This document shows, piece by piece, positions 38,901-50,259 of a stretch of DNA of 64,000 bases. How positions within the stretch are numbered: position 1 is the first letter of the stretch; every line of letters starts with the position of its first letter. The position numbers and the translations under genes are program-made. The stretch comes from Tricharina praecox (lineage: Eukaryota), in contig NW_026250424.1 of NCBI RefSeq assembly GCF_024521635.1, positions 372,001 through 436,000 of the forward strand, in the 5' to 3' direction. A model generated the notes under the pieces. That model saw only the letters and a list, made by a program, of their open reading frames with translations, made no database searches and was not told the origin of the DNA.

Positions 38901-40064
38901 GGGGGACGAAGGGGGACGAAGGGGGACGAAAGGAAGGAGAGCGGGGCCGCGGCGACCGCGGCGGGTGCTTGCATATTATGCAACCTCCGACCGTCTCGGA
39001 ATGAGGGATGAAGGATGAAGGGATGAAGGGATGAAGGGATGAGTGGATGAGTAAATTCGAGTGGATTTCGAGTCCCTGGAAAAGTTAGCTAAGCACCGAG
39101 TATGTGTGTCGTGTGCGTATGCGTGGAGCCCTGAGGTGACAGGTCTTCCGTGTGAATTCGGTGCTGACCGAACCTACCACCATATCCACCATCATACATA
39201 CCCAGGTACACACATCATAAGTACCCACTACCCACCGCGCGTCCCCGCCGCTGCTCGATGAAGTTCTACGTCTCGGATCCTCTCGCCGTCGAAACGTACC
39301 GTCAGTACCTGCGTAAGGGGGCTCTGCCTGTAGACTGTTTTACCTACGTATCCGGATTCCGCCCGAGTTTGGTTGGTTTATTGGTTCGTCCGACGACGAC
39401 ATGGATGCCACGACCAGGAATCCAGGATGCTCGCCGAGGGGATCGGCGTCTGGCGGCCAGTCCGGCGGATGACGAATTTACTTAGTTGCCGGGAACCCGC
39501 GAAGGCTAAGGGGGAGCTAGGTGCGGATAGGAATGAATGCCCGCACGCCCTGTTGGGCGAAGTTTCGGCCCTTCGGCGGAGGGAGTAGGGGCTATAGATA
39601 TGTACTTGGGTATGTGGGTACTCTAATGGATTATGGTAGCCGTGTCGTGGGAGCTGTGAATCCTTCTACGGTATATATCCTTGGACGGTTGGACTACGAT
39701 GTGCTCGATTGGAGATGTGATGACAGGATGACGGACGCACCTACGCTGCTGTGAAACGCATAGCCGTTGCGATACCCCCTCCCCCTTCCCCTCTCCCCGA
39801 TCAGGCCCGTTACTCTCTGACCACAACCTCGATCCAGTCGCCGGTGAAGCCTCTTTGGAGCACATAGATACTCCAATAGGCACTTACATAGACATCCCCA
39901 CCTAGCAAAAACGTGCCAAACGTGCAACAAATCTCCCCACCTCTTCTCCGCCCCTTCTCCGCCCCCACAGGCAGCCTCGGAATCACCCAACGAACCATCC
40001 TCCATCGCGTTACATCCCCCGCTGTCTGTCCGTCTCCCGTCAGCTAATTAGAACTCTAGTCGAC

Positions 40065-40114
40065 GACTACTGAGGACTACTGAGGACTACTGAGGACTAC
40101 TGAGGACTACTGAG
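40065..40114. repeat. (GACTACTGAG)5 10-bp tandem repeat
   Basis: Five exact copies, read directly. Confidence 0.9.
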
Positions 40115-42086
40115 GCTTATGTATGCATTCTAGGTAGTTGCCGTGATGCGGGATCTGGTAGGTAAGGCGGGCCGGACCCGAGCCTCGAGAGTCAAGGCGG
40201 ATACACGTGCTCGCGAACCGACTCGCCTCGAGGGGGTGCGGCTACTGCCACACACATACGCACACAGAGATACGTACCTAATGTACCTAATAGTACCTGA
40301 TATACGGAGGGCAGAGGAGAAGGGATATGTACTATGTACCCGGGTACTCTGGAGTACCCGGATCTCTGCAGATGGGTAGATGGGTACCTACTACCCACCT
40401 TGACGGGTTTCTGGAAGCGAGCACTGCCGAATTCTCTCACAGGCCTGGTAGTCTACCATACGCACGTCACGGTGTGTGAAGGACGACGAGGAGGAGAAGA
40501 AGAGGGGGAGACAAGCTTTGAGCCGTTGACGGATGGGCCGCGGAGGGTAGTCCGGATTTCGGGATTCTGTTGTGCGAGTGTGTGTGAGTGATCGATGGCT
40601 GGCGACGAATGTCGATTCGTTCATTCCCGCCGTCTACGGGCACCGCCGTACCTATTTTCCCGTCGCGGACGGTGGGGCCCAAGTTCCAACTCCCTACATA
40701 CTATACATAAACCCCCTAACCTTTGTCCTTTGTCCTTGATGTGCCAGTTTTCCATCCGTCCGTCCGTCCGCAACACCTTCGCGTGAAACTACTTTCCACT
40801 GGTTCGCATCGCAAGAATCGCACGCATCACATGTTGGTCGTCGACTCGGGTCGTCACTTCTCCGGACTTACCGGGTTGGTGGGGGGTGGGGTGGGGTCGG
40901 GTGGGGTCGGGGGCCGTGCTACATAGGCGTATAGCGGAAAAGTCGAGTGATACTGCATGTTCACATCCTATCCATTTTTCTTCTTTTCTTTCGGGTTTCA
41001 AGTCGGAAGTTGGGCATGGCCGCTGCGGGCTGTGAGGTCGTGAATGGGTGCTCCAACAGTCAAGTGGTACTCTACCTAATCCACTCTATACACTACTACT
41101 GGTAGGTATACTGATACACAGCATGCTCACAGCACCATCCGCGAGCCGTGGCAATCCATCTTGCCGTCCGCAGAATCTGAGCTGAGCGGAACAGGACTCG
41201 AAATTCCATCCATCCATCCATCCATCCATCCATTATCATATGCTCAGCCCAAGTTACCCAAACACCTACCTACGGCAAGCCCTCCGAGTCTAGCAGCGGT
41301 GTTTCTTTTCTTTTTCTGCTTATTTGTGCTTATTTCTCACTGCCACCACCACCGTCGTCGTCGTCGATCGGACGGGACGAAGCTCGGCACCACGTGAAAG
41401 CAAGCTTTCTCTCTCCGGTTCGGCCCGAGTTCTAGTTCCACGGTAGTTCGAGTCCGTGCGCGTGTTTCTAGTTGTTTCTAGCGTCTTGCCCCGCAAAAAG
41501 AAGCAAAGAAGAAGAAAAGAGGGAAAAAGAGGAGAAAACAAGCAACAAGCAACATGCCATGCTATGCCATGCGGGACGATCAACCGACCGCGGTACTTCA
41601 CGATGTGACTGTGGGGAAATCACGAGCACGAGCACAAGCACAAGCTTGAGGCCGGCCGGAGCTGCCGTCGACGGACACATAGATATAGAGTTCTCGTCTG
41701 GGCCTAGGTACTAGGCAGCATAAATAGCAGGCGAGTTTGCGGGGAAAGCACCGCGGGCTTGTGAGTTCCCGAGGAATATGTAATCGTGGAGAAAAAAGTG
41801 TGCTGAGTGCCACTCCTCTCATGTACATACGAGTACATACGATGAGCCATTAAATGTGTGTTATTAACGCGTGATGCGTGACATCGAGATAGGGATTGTG
41901 TGCAAATCTCATCATTGTATTCTACCAGACTATGCATGCATTGAGCGAAAAGAAGAAAAAAAACATGACCCGATCCTCCCAGAAAGCAAAGACAAGCAAA
42001 CGCCATTTACGCCGTCCGGATTAAAATACACTTATTCATAAATAAATAAAGACATTATCGGGCACGCACAAGTTGTGCTAGCCATC

Positions 42087-42775
42087 TTACTGACCGCCCT
42101 GTCCCGAAAACGAAATCCTCACTCTCTTCGGCCCAGGCGTCTCCACCTCGGACACGCTCTCGGACTCATCGTCCGCCTTGCGCTTACGGCTGGGATTCTT
42201 CTTGTTGCTCTTGGCAATGTGTGATGTCTGGAGCCGTGGTAGATCCGGAACCGTCGGGGTGGAGCTGGCCGTCACGGGCGTGGACTCTTGCTCCTGCTGC
42301 AACTGTTTTATACCGCCAAGCCCGCTTAGTCACCATCCACGCACACACAGTCTTGGATCAGGGGGAGGGGAGAGGGGGGCGAAAGAATACCTTGGTTGCA
42401 TACGTAAGCGAGGATAGCGAGAAGATCCGGTCCGTGTCGTTTAGGGCTGTCTTGCGGCGCGTCACGCCCCCCTTGATGTAGTTGTCGAACCCCTTGATGA
42501 TGTTGCCGTTCTGGGTGTCTTCGAGGTACGCTGTCTCGGCCTTGTAGATGTTGTCTTCGTACAACGCCTACGACAGAGTCAATAGGGATGCACGGCATCA
42601 GAGGCAAGGGGGGCCATACAAGTTGCTTGTCGTGATGTCGCTTCTGATGGATCAGATCACGTAGCTGCTTCTTCACCTTCTCGTAGTACGCGACGGCTTG
42701 CTCGCGTGTGTGGGCTTGGGCGACCGGCACGGGCTTTGCTACGGGCGTGGCGGGAATCGTGGGAGCTTCTGGCAT
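42087..42775 (-). CDS. EAF6: NuA4/NuA3 histone acetyltransferase subunit Eaf6, 3 exons
   Basis: YYEKVKKQLRDLIHQKRHHDKQL / YEDNIYKAETAYLEDTQNGNIIKGFDNYIK..DRIFSLSS; basic NLS-like tail. Confidence 0.92.
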
Positions 42776-43144
42776 GATTGCGACGTGTGCAGAGGTGTCG
42801 TAGGCAGTTTGTTGTCGAGGTCCAACGTCGCGTTCGCGGGGTTGACGTGTCGTGATTGCTGCACAAGCTAGAGTTGTAGACTAGCGTCAATGGGCGTGAG
42901 CTGGACTAGGTATGTAAGCGCCGTGTGGTTGCGGGGTTGGCTCTGGTGGATAGCGTGGCCGCTGTGCTCGTGTGTAACAACTCAGCACTATGCACAACCT
43001 CCACCCTCAATGAAACCCATGAAACACACGCACCAGTAGACCAGCCATTCCATTGTTCATGATCACCGATAGTCCCGAATAACTTATTCTCCCGCCATAA
43101 ACCACCGACACCCCTCGGACCACCGTTATCGAAGCCATTCCATC

Positions 43145-44374
43145 ATGTCATCCAACCCACCGCCGTTCCTCCGTCGAGCCCGGAAGTTTCCATCGGCCTC
43201 GGGCATCGAACCCGACAGCAACGCCGCCGCGACGAATGCCCGCATGTCCACCCACGCGCCACAGGTCCAGAACAACGGCCTTCCGACGTCGCGGAACTTT
43301 AAGCATCTCCGCTCACGGTCCGTGTCGCAGGCGAACTTTGGGGCTCTGTCCTCACACAGCCACAGCCACAGCGAGTCGTCATCCACAGCTTCGCGCTACG
43401 CACGCAAAGCCGCATCGACGGCACAGCTCTCGCAACAACAGCAGCCGATCACCATCGAGGGATTGATCAGCAAACCCCCGGCTTCCCTCACCGAAGCATT
43501 GCAAGACCTGCGACACTTGATCTTGACCCAGGGCGTCGCGGCGGATGCCGATGGAAACTCGGCACTGCGCATCTACATCTGGTCGATCCTCCTCGGCGTG
43601 GGACCCATGCGGACGAACGAGTACGTCGCTCTCGTCAGGCGCGGAGCCTCGAGTAGCTACTCCAAGATTCGCAACGACACGTTCCGCACGCTCGCCACGG
43701 ATCCGCTGTTCCGTCGCCGCGTCTCGGAGTCGTCCATCATCCGTCTGCTCAATGCGTTCCAGTGGAAGATGAAGGATACAGGGGTGGACGCACAGGACGC
43801 GCAATACGTACAGGGAATGAACGTGATCGCTGCGCCGTTTCTCTACGCCGCTAGGAGCGAAGTGGAGGCGTTCTCGCTGTTTTCCGTCTTTATCCAGCGC
43901 GAGTGTCCCGGCTACGTGCGTCCGACCATGGAGGGCGTTCACTCCGGGCTGAAACTGGTCGACCAGTGCCTCGAGACGGTGGATCCAGTGCTGTTCAAAC
44001 ATCTGCAGAGTAAATTCTTGACTGCGGAGCTGTATGCGTTTCCATGTAAGTCTCTGAGCCCGCGATTACGTACCGTCCCATTGCTAACGAGTGTGGTGAT
44101 AGCCGTATTGACTCTTTCTGCATGTACACCGCCGCTGCCGGAAGTCCTCAAGCTCTGGGACTTCCTTCTAGCGTACGGTGCACATCTCAACATTCTCTGC
44201 GTTGTGGCACAGTTACTACTGATGCGCGATGACCTGTTGGGCGCACAGAGTCCCATGAAGCTGCTACGGCAGTTCCCGCCTCTGAACTCCAAGACCATCA
44301 TCGACGTCGCCGTCGGTCTGGTCCGGAGGATACCGCCGGAGCTATTCGACCAGCTGGTGGAGCACGCGCGGTAA
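43145..44374 (+). CDS. BUB2: Bub2/Cdc16-type TBC-domain GAP (spindle position/septation checkpoint)
   Basis: LRIYIWSILL, KIRNDTFRTLATDPLF (Arg finger), YVQGMNVIAAPFLY (Gln finger), LYAFP|SVLTLSACTPPLPEVLKLWDFLLAYG; intron 44046-44102. Confidence 0.93.
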   Translation: MSSNPPPFLRRARKFPSASGIEPDSNAAATNARMSTHAPQVQNNGLPTSRNFKHLRSRSVSQANFGALSSHSHSHSESSSTASRYARKAASTAQLSQQQQPITIEGLISKPPASLTEALQDLRHLILTQGVAADADGNSALRIYIWSILLGVGPMRTNEYVALVRRGASSSYSKIRNDTFRTLATDPLFRRRVSESSIIRLLNAFQWKMKDTGVDAQDAQYVQGMNVIAAPFLYAARSEVEAFSLFSVFIQRECPGYVRPTMEGVHSGLKLVDQCLETVDPVLFKHLQSKFLTAELYAFPCKSLSPRLRTVPLLTSVVIAVLTLSACTPPLPEVLKLWDFLLAYGAHLNILCVVAQLLLMRDDLLGAQSPMKLLRQFPPLNSKTIIDVAVGLVRRIPPELFDQLVEHAR

Positions 44375-45574
44375 CTCACTTATTTCCTTATTTTGGTTGT
44401 GGTGCATGGAGTGTGCGGGTGTCTTTATTCATTCATGCTGTTGGGGTTCTGATTTTACTGTTTTCGTTATACCCCGGCTCCGCCTGTGTGTCCCGGGGAG
44501 GGGTTACGGGCTGGGACATTCTTTATATACCTCTGCACTTTTTGTCGGCGTTTCATTTTGTTTTCCTCATGTTGCCTCTGCGGTTCTTCTTCCTTTCCGT
44601 TCTTAGCTATGAAGCCTTGATGTTCTACGGGTCAATTACGTGAGGGGACGCCGTCCTTTACATCTTGTTTTCACGTTCCGTATGCAATCTTTCCGCAAGT
44701 AGGGCCTAGCTGGAGGTGGATGGGGAGTTATGGTTGTCGTGTAAGGTTGATTTTTTTGCTTGTGTTTGGCTGGCTGGCTGGATCGGAGTGGGTTGTAAGC
44801 AGTAGGTTACTTACTAGCATGAATTCTCGCACGAAATTCCTCTCGGCTCATGATGTTGAGTCTCACTTGCTTATCGGAGTGACTTTGAGTGATTCCTCTT
44901 CTTTTCCTGTGCACTTTTGACCAGAATATGCAACGTTATACCGCGACTCATTGGAGGTGTGCGAAGATCAGCGGCGATTTTCTCAAAACCGTGACGTCCA
45001 GGGACTTTGGGGGGTGCGGGGGTCATGAAATTTGTTTCGCATATAGTTTTTCTACCATCAACTTTGGGCAGTCAATTGAGATATGGAAATTTATTATCGT
45101 CGAGTGATAGCAAAATACCTACAGCTCCATGGACGCAATCTCTCATCTCCACTTCACGTGATATCTTACGGAGGCACCGAACGAGGGGGGGGGGGGTGGA
45201 TAACTCGTGTCACCGTCCAGCAGGCTGTGAAAGCGCACACAGTGCCTCTTGGGGCGAATGTCGAATCGTGCCTTTACGGTGAAGGGGGGCATCAATTTTA
45301 TTTCACGTCCATGAGTGTGTTAAGACTACAGCGAATGCCAACAAAATCACCAGCCCATAGGTATCCGTCCGCGAGTCTATGTAGCTATGCGGCACTCCCT
45401 TTGGCCCTACATACTGGGCCAATCAATGGCGATTCTACAGAACACGACCGCCAGCATCCTCCACCCCCACAGTGGCCCCAGACCCTCCAACAGTTAGCCG
45501 GTTGAAACAGTTCAGTTCTGGATGGTCTCGTTGCCAGTCAAGTTGGGAACAGAGGGTGTCAAGTCGTAGTTGGT

Positions 45575-46198
45575 TTAGGTAAGTATGGCGGTTATTTCTG
45601 GGAAAACTGGCTGAACTGGCAGTCCACTGTCCGACGGATGAACTGCCGGTGCAGCCAGGGCAGCCAAAGTACTTTGCTCACGATGAGCGTCCACTTCTCG
45701 GTTATTATGTCTGTTGAGAGATGGTTAGAGAAATCTGTGACACCGGTCTGGCCTGAAGATAAATATGTACCTGTCACCTTCTGTGGTGTAAAAATACTGA
45801 CGGTTGTTGAGATAGTATCTTTGTCGGAGAGAATTATCGCATGCCCAATACTCGGCATCCCCCTCAACAGTCACCGGCTTTCCGTACGTCGAAATCCAGG
45901 AGGTTTTGGGTGTGTTGTATTGTTGGAGGGGGGAGGGAAGAAGGATGGTGGGGGCTCTCGTGAGCTGAGTTGTGTTGTGGGGAAAGAGGGAAGAAGGGTG
46001 TTGGGGGCTCTCGTGAGCTGAGTTGTATTGTTGGAGAAGAACGGAAGAGGGAAGAAAGGTAGTGGGGTGGGGTGGTGGTTTTATAGGTGTGCCGGTGCGG
46101 TGTGGGTTTGGGGTTTTGACCGCCGCAGCACAGCGATCACTCGGTGCTCGCCTTGACGGGGTCGGGTGATTCACCAAGTACATACTCGGAATCGACAT
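45575..46198 (-). pseudogene. Candidate spliced orphan gene or relic
   Basis: Canonical 60-nt intron 45770-45711 (GTACAT..CTAAC..CAG) joins two open segments; TATAAAA at 46085-46079; no recognisable family. Confidence 0.3.
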
Positions 46199-46418
46199 GG
46201 CTACGGTGTGGATGGTTCATAACTTTGAATTTTTCTCAACTCATGATAACAGGCAGACAGACAGACAAACAAATGCAGGTACGCGAGAAAAGATCAACAT
46301 TAGGTATCGTAAGATGTGCTAAAATGTCAGAAAGCCACCAAACCAGCAATCTCGAATCGCCGCCGAGTATCGCCTACATAACTTGCTTAACCAAAAACCC
46401 CCCAAATCGTCCCGTCCC

Positions 46419-48204
46419 TTAACCCTTCCCAATAATCTCATCCTTCAAGAACTCGCACCGATCCACATTGACTGCCCACGCATAATAATCCTTATCGACG
46501 CCCAGTCCGGTTCCATTCAACCACATAGCCTTAGCCACATCCTCGCTCCACTCCGGCCACCCATCGAGCGCGCAGTCTCCGTGCAGCGTGTAGTCCACAA
46601 TCAACTCCTGGTGCATTCTGGCCAGCGTTGCGTTTTCTACCGTATACACGCCGCCCTGATTCCACGTGTAGGGTAGATCCGAGCCGTGGATTGCTGGGCC
46701 AATGTTGAACATGTACCGACGGGAGCTATGGCCGGCTTCTTCCTCGGCGGAGAAGGCGCGTGCCAACCAGTAACCGTTGCAGTTGAAGATGAGGTCGCCG
46801 ACGGCCTCGACGGCGCGACGGTAGGCTCCGGTGATGCTACCGTCGCTCGGGTAGGCCTCCGCAATCATACCGATGATGGTAGCGTTGGGGGAGTACTGCA
46901 TGCCGATAAAGGTAGGGAATTGGGCGTTGGTGATGTTGGTAGGCACATAAAGACCCCCCTATGCGGTGTTAGCTAGAGTATCACTCGGAGCGGGTTGGGA
47001 TCATGGATACCTCGTGTCGGGAGCTCGAGGATATGATGCTCTTGATTTCCTTGTGGAATTTATCCTCGGCGAGGAGCTTCACCGGGAAGTCGGGAATGTA
47101 ATCTCCATCCACCACTGGATACAGCCCCGAAGTGGAGCCAAGCGCTCCCGACATCCACTGTCCAATGGTCAACGCATTCGCTGCTTGCACCACCATCGAC
47201 GGCAGCGAACGGATACAAGTAGCGTTAGCACACCCCGTGTTCGCCTTGAAGGCTTCCCACAGCGGAATGCGGCCGGCCGGATCGGCTTCCGGTACCCACC
47301 CGGGAGACTGAAGTATCGCCTACAGACCGTCAGTATGCATCATCACACGGGTAATATCGAACTGGGGGCACACCTGCTGAAACGGCAACTTCGGACCCTT
47401 CCCTCCGTACGACACAATTGCGTGCATGATAACACCAGCACCCGCACTCAGTCCGATGGCCGTCATCTTCTCTGTGTCGGCGCCGAACTTGGAAATGTGC
47501 TTTCCGATCCACTCCATAGCCATACGGGTGTCGTGGAGTCCAATGTTGGTATCCACATCTGGGTCCGGCGGAGCGATGAATCCGAGGGCTCCGAGTCGGT
47601 AGTTCGCGGTGACAAAGATGAAGGGCTCCTTTGCTGCCTCGTAGAGTCCCCATGGAGCTCCGGGGGCCTCTTTGCTGCCAACGACGTAGCCGCCATCGAA
47701 CCACCTATGTCTTTTGTCAGTCCTAGAGACCCGGCGGAATTCAAGCAGTCTGCACGAGCTTACCAGGCGAGTACGGGAATTTTTTTCCCTCTCTTCGAGT
47801 AGCTCTCCTTCGGGACGTAGATATCCAGAAACTATATCGACGTCAGCCACTAGTTCTCCCATGAAGCACGGATAACTCACCAGACAATCCTCATCTCCCA
47901 GAAGAGCAGTTCCATTGGTCTGAGCACAGGATGTACTCCTTCCGTAAGTACCATTCTGTATCCCACTCTCCCTCAACGGTGGTTGAGGCTTCTTCAGTCT
48001 CAGCTTCCCAACCGGCGGTGCCGCAAACCGGATATTCCTGTAGACGTAGACTCCAGCGGTCTCGTTGTACTCGGCTGCTTGGTGCTTGACATATCCCAAA
48101 TCGACAACTGGCAACCCGCTGCTGCCCCCATGGCCAGAAGCCGGAACCGCCGAGACGACGCCCACGAAAACGAGTGATGTCAGCAGGTGGCCGAGGAACT
48201 GCAT
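46419..48204 (-). CDS. Secreted type-B carboxylesterase/lipase (alpha/beta hydrolase), about 5 exons
   Basis: Signal peptide, PVVDLGY, NIRFAAPPVGKLR, EDCL|FLDIYVP, NYRLGALGF, GLSAG nucleophile elbow, RHE|G acid, HGSDL catalytic His. Confidence 0.92.
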
Positions 48205-49242
48205 TATGGATGAATGGGAATCAGTGCACAGGATACAGACTACCAGCCTGACGAGGGCTGGACACAGACTGTACTTATGTGTGCCCGGCTGAAAAACAGA
48301 GCTATGAATTGAGGGCTGCGGCTACTACCATTCCGTCAGAGCTAACGAGAGCTTCAGGCAGCCCAGCAATCCACCCGCCGAACCCAGTCACCTACATTCT
48401 ACATACTTGCACTTGACAGGACCGGCGCGCGATGATGTGTTCCCCCCGCCTCCTCCTACGCCCCACCCCACTCCTTCCAGCGACCAAGTTCTTCAGTTCG
48501 CCTAGCGGCCAGGTTTCTTTCTTCCCCTGAGGCTGAAGTTGGTCTTCATGCACGGCCAACAAACTGTGACTGTGTGTATATGTACTTCGCTGACGAACCA
48601 AGAAGGTAGATACTTCGACCTGTCTCACAAGTAGCAGGTGGCCAGCAGCGACAAGCAGTCTGCGTGGTCCTGCACTTGTATCCCGCTTGTCCATAGACTC
48701 TTGCAGCTCGGCAGAATTCCTCAGCACACGTAGGGCTGAGCCGTCAGCCAGCCATCTTATAACTCCACGGTATGTCCGGCCACGCCGGAAAAGACCGTGG
48801 TAGTGCGTTCGCGGTCCTCGCAATTGGGTGTTCGTCCAAAGTTTCCATCGTTGTTCTTTCGCGCAGATCATGACGAGTACATTCGGAATTTTTCGCGCTG
48901 TGGTTCGTGCCAGCGATGCAGGTTACACCGGCTAAGTTCTGGCTAGCCACCCACGCACGTTGCGCATCTCATCGGCAGTCCCGGGTCCCGAGTCTGGGGA
49001 TGCACGATGATCTCAGACATAGACGCTGTTGGGCTAAATACGGCACAAATATAGTGCTTGATAGTCTATAAGGGCGGGGGAACTCCGCCATAGGGATCTA
49101 CCGTATTCGAAGGAGTCCGGAAACAACTCGATGCTTTGCAATCCGGGGGGTCCGAATCCGGGGGACGGGCAACGTGCGGTTGTCGGAATCCAAGGCGGCC
49201 AGCGTCGAGTTTTCATCGCGTCTTTATCGCTCGATTCCGTCC

Positions 49243-49435
49243 GAACATAGTTACCTGGGTACATACCAGTATATCCACCCGTTGACCACCGAGACTTTAG
49301 CCACAGATTACTTGTGGACCGGCTCTGAAGACTTCCGGACCACCACCTGAATTGAGATATGCTTGCATACATAGTAAATCTTCAATTTGGAAGGCTCCGT
49401 ACGATATTCGGATTCCTGATGGGGCAAAGCGCCAC
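49243..49435 (-). pseudogene. Degenerate SH3-like fragment
   Basis: One frame reads VALCP..L..*..RWWSG..TGMYPGNYVR, matching the SH3 AL..WWxG..GxxPxNYV pattern, with an internal TGA. Confidence 0.35.
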
Positions 49436-50259
49436 CTTGAGCGGGGATCAAGATGGAGGTTCTGCGATATATAGGTTCTACAGACCGGTATATACCGGTA
49501 GTACTGAGCTTGAGCCGCAATACCTAGCCTCTATCTGAAGACTGAAGCGCCGAAATCTTGAGCGACGGGCAACGACGGGCTGAAAGTGAGCTTCGGATGA
49601 GTGCAAGTCCGAGTCCCCCATTGTCTGTCTTCTCGTATTCTTCTCCACCCCAGAGCACTGTCTAATTCGAGGGTTGCTCTAGGTATTCCGGTGCTCTCGG
49701 TACATACCGTGCTCATAGTAGAGTCGCATGGGAGCCGTTGAGCCGGACGTGGATTTAAGCCGCCGGATTTCACCACACACCCTCGGGAGTCGGCTTCAGT
49801 TCCACCGTCGGTGTCAGCCCGGGTGGCGGTGCTAGATTATGAATCACTCCTCGAGGGGCTATTCTTGATTCACCGGTAAGCGCAAAGCTTCATGCTACTG
49901 GCCAGCTACATATGATGCGTCTGCAATTGCAATAATAAAGCACCGCTGCACAATCGCCATAGGGCCTCCTCCACGGCCTCCTCCACGGCCTCCTCCACGC
50001 CACTCTCCTCCAGCTTCCAAACGACCTGCAGAATCAGCCCTATGGTTCCAACAATTCTGTGGATAGATCTAGCGCAAGGGGCCACCGAGTAGTCACAACC
50101 CATCAAAAATCTTTACAAGTGCTCATTCATTCGATACTTACAGCCAGTAAGCTGGAAGCAGTCGTTCCAACCTCTCACCGGAGTATGACAACGTCCTTGT
50201 TAACCGTCTCTGGACCTCCCGCTGGTAACCCCTCGCAGGTCTGCAATGCTTTCATGTGC

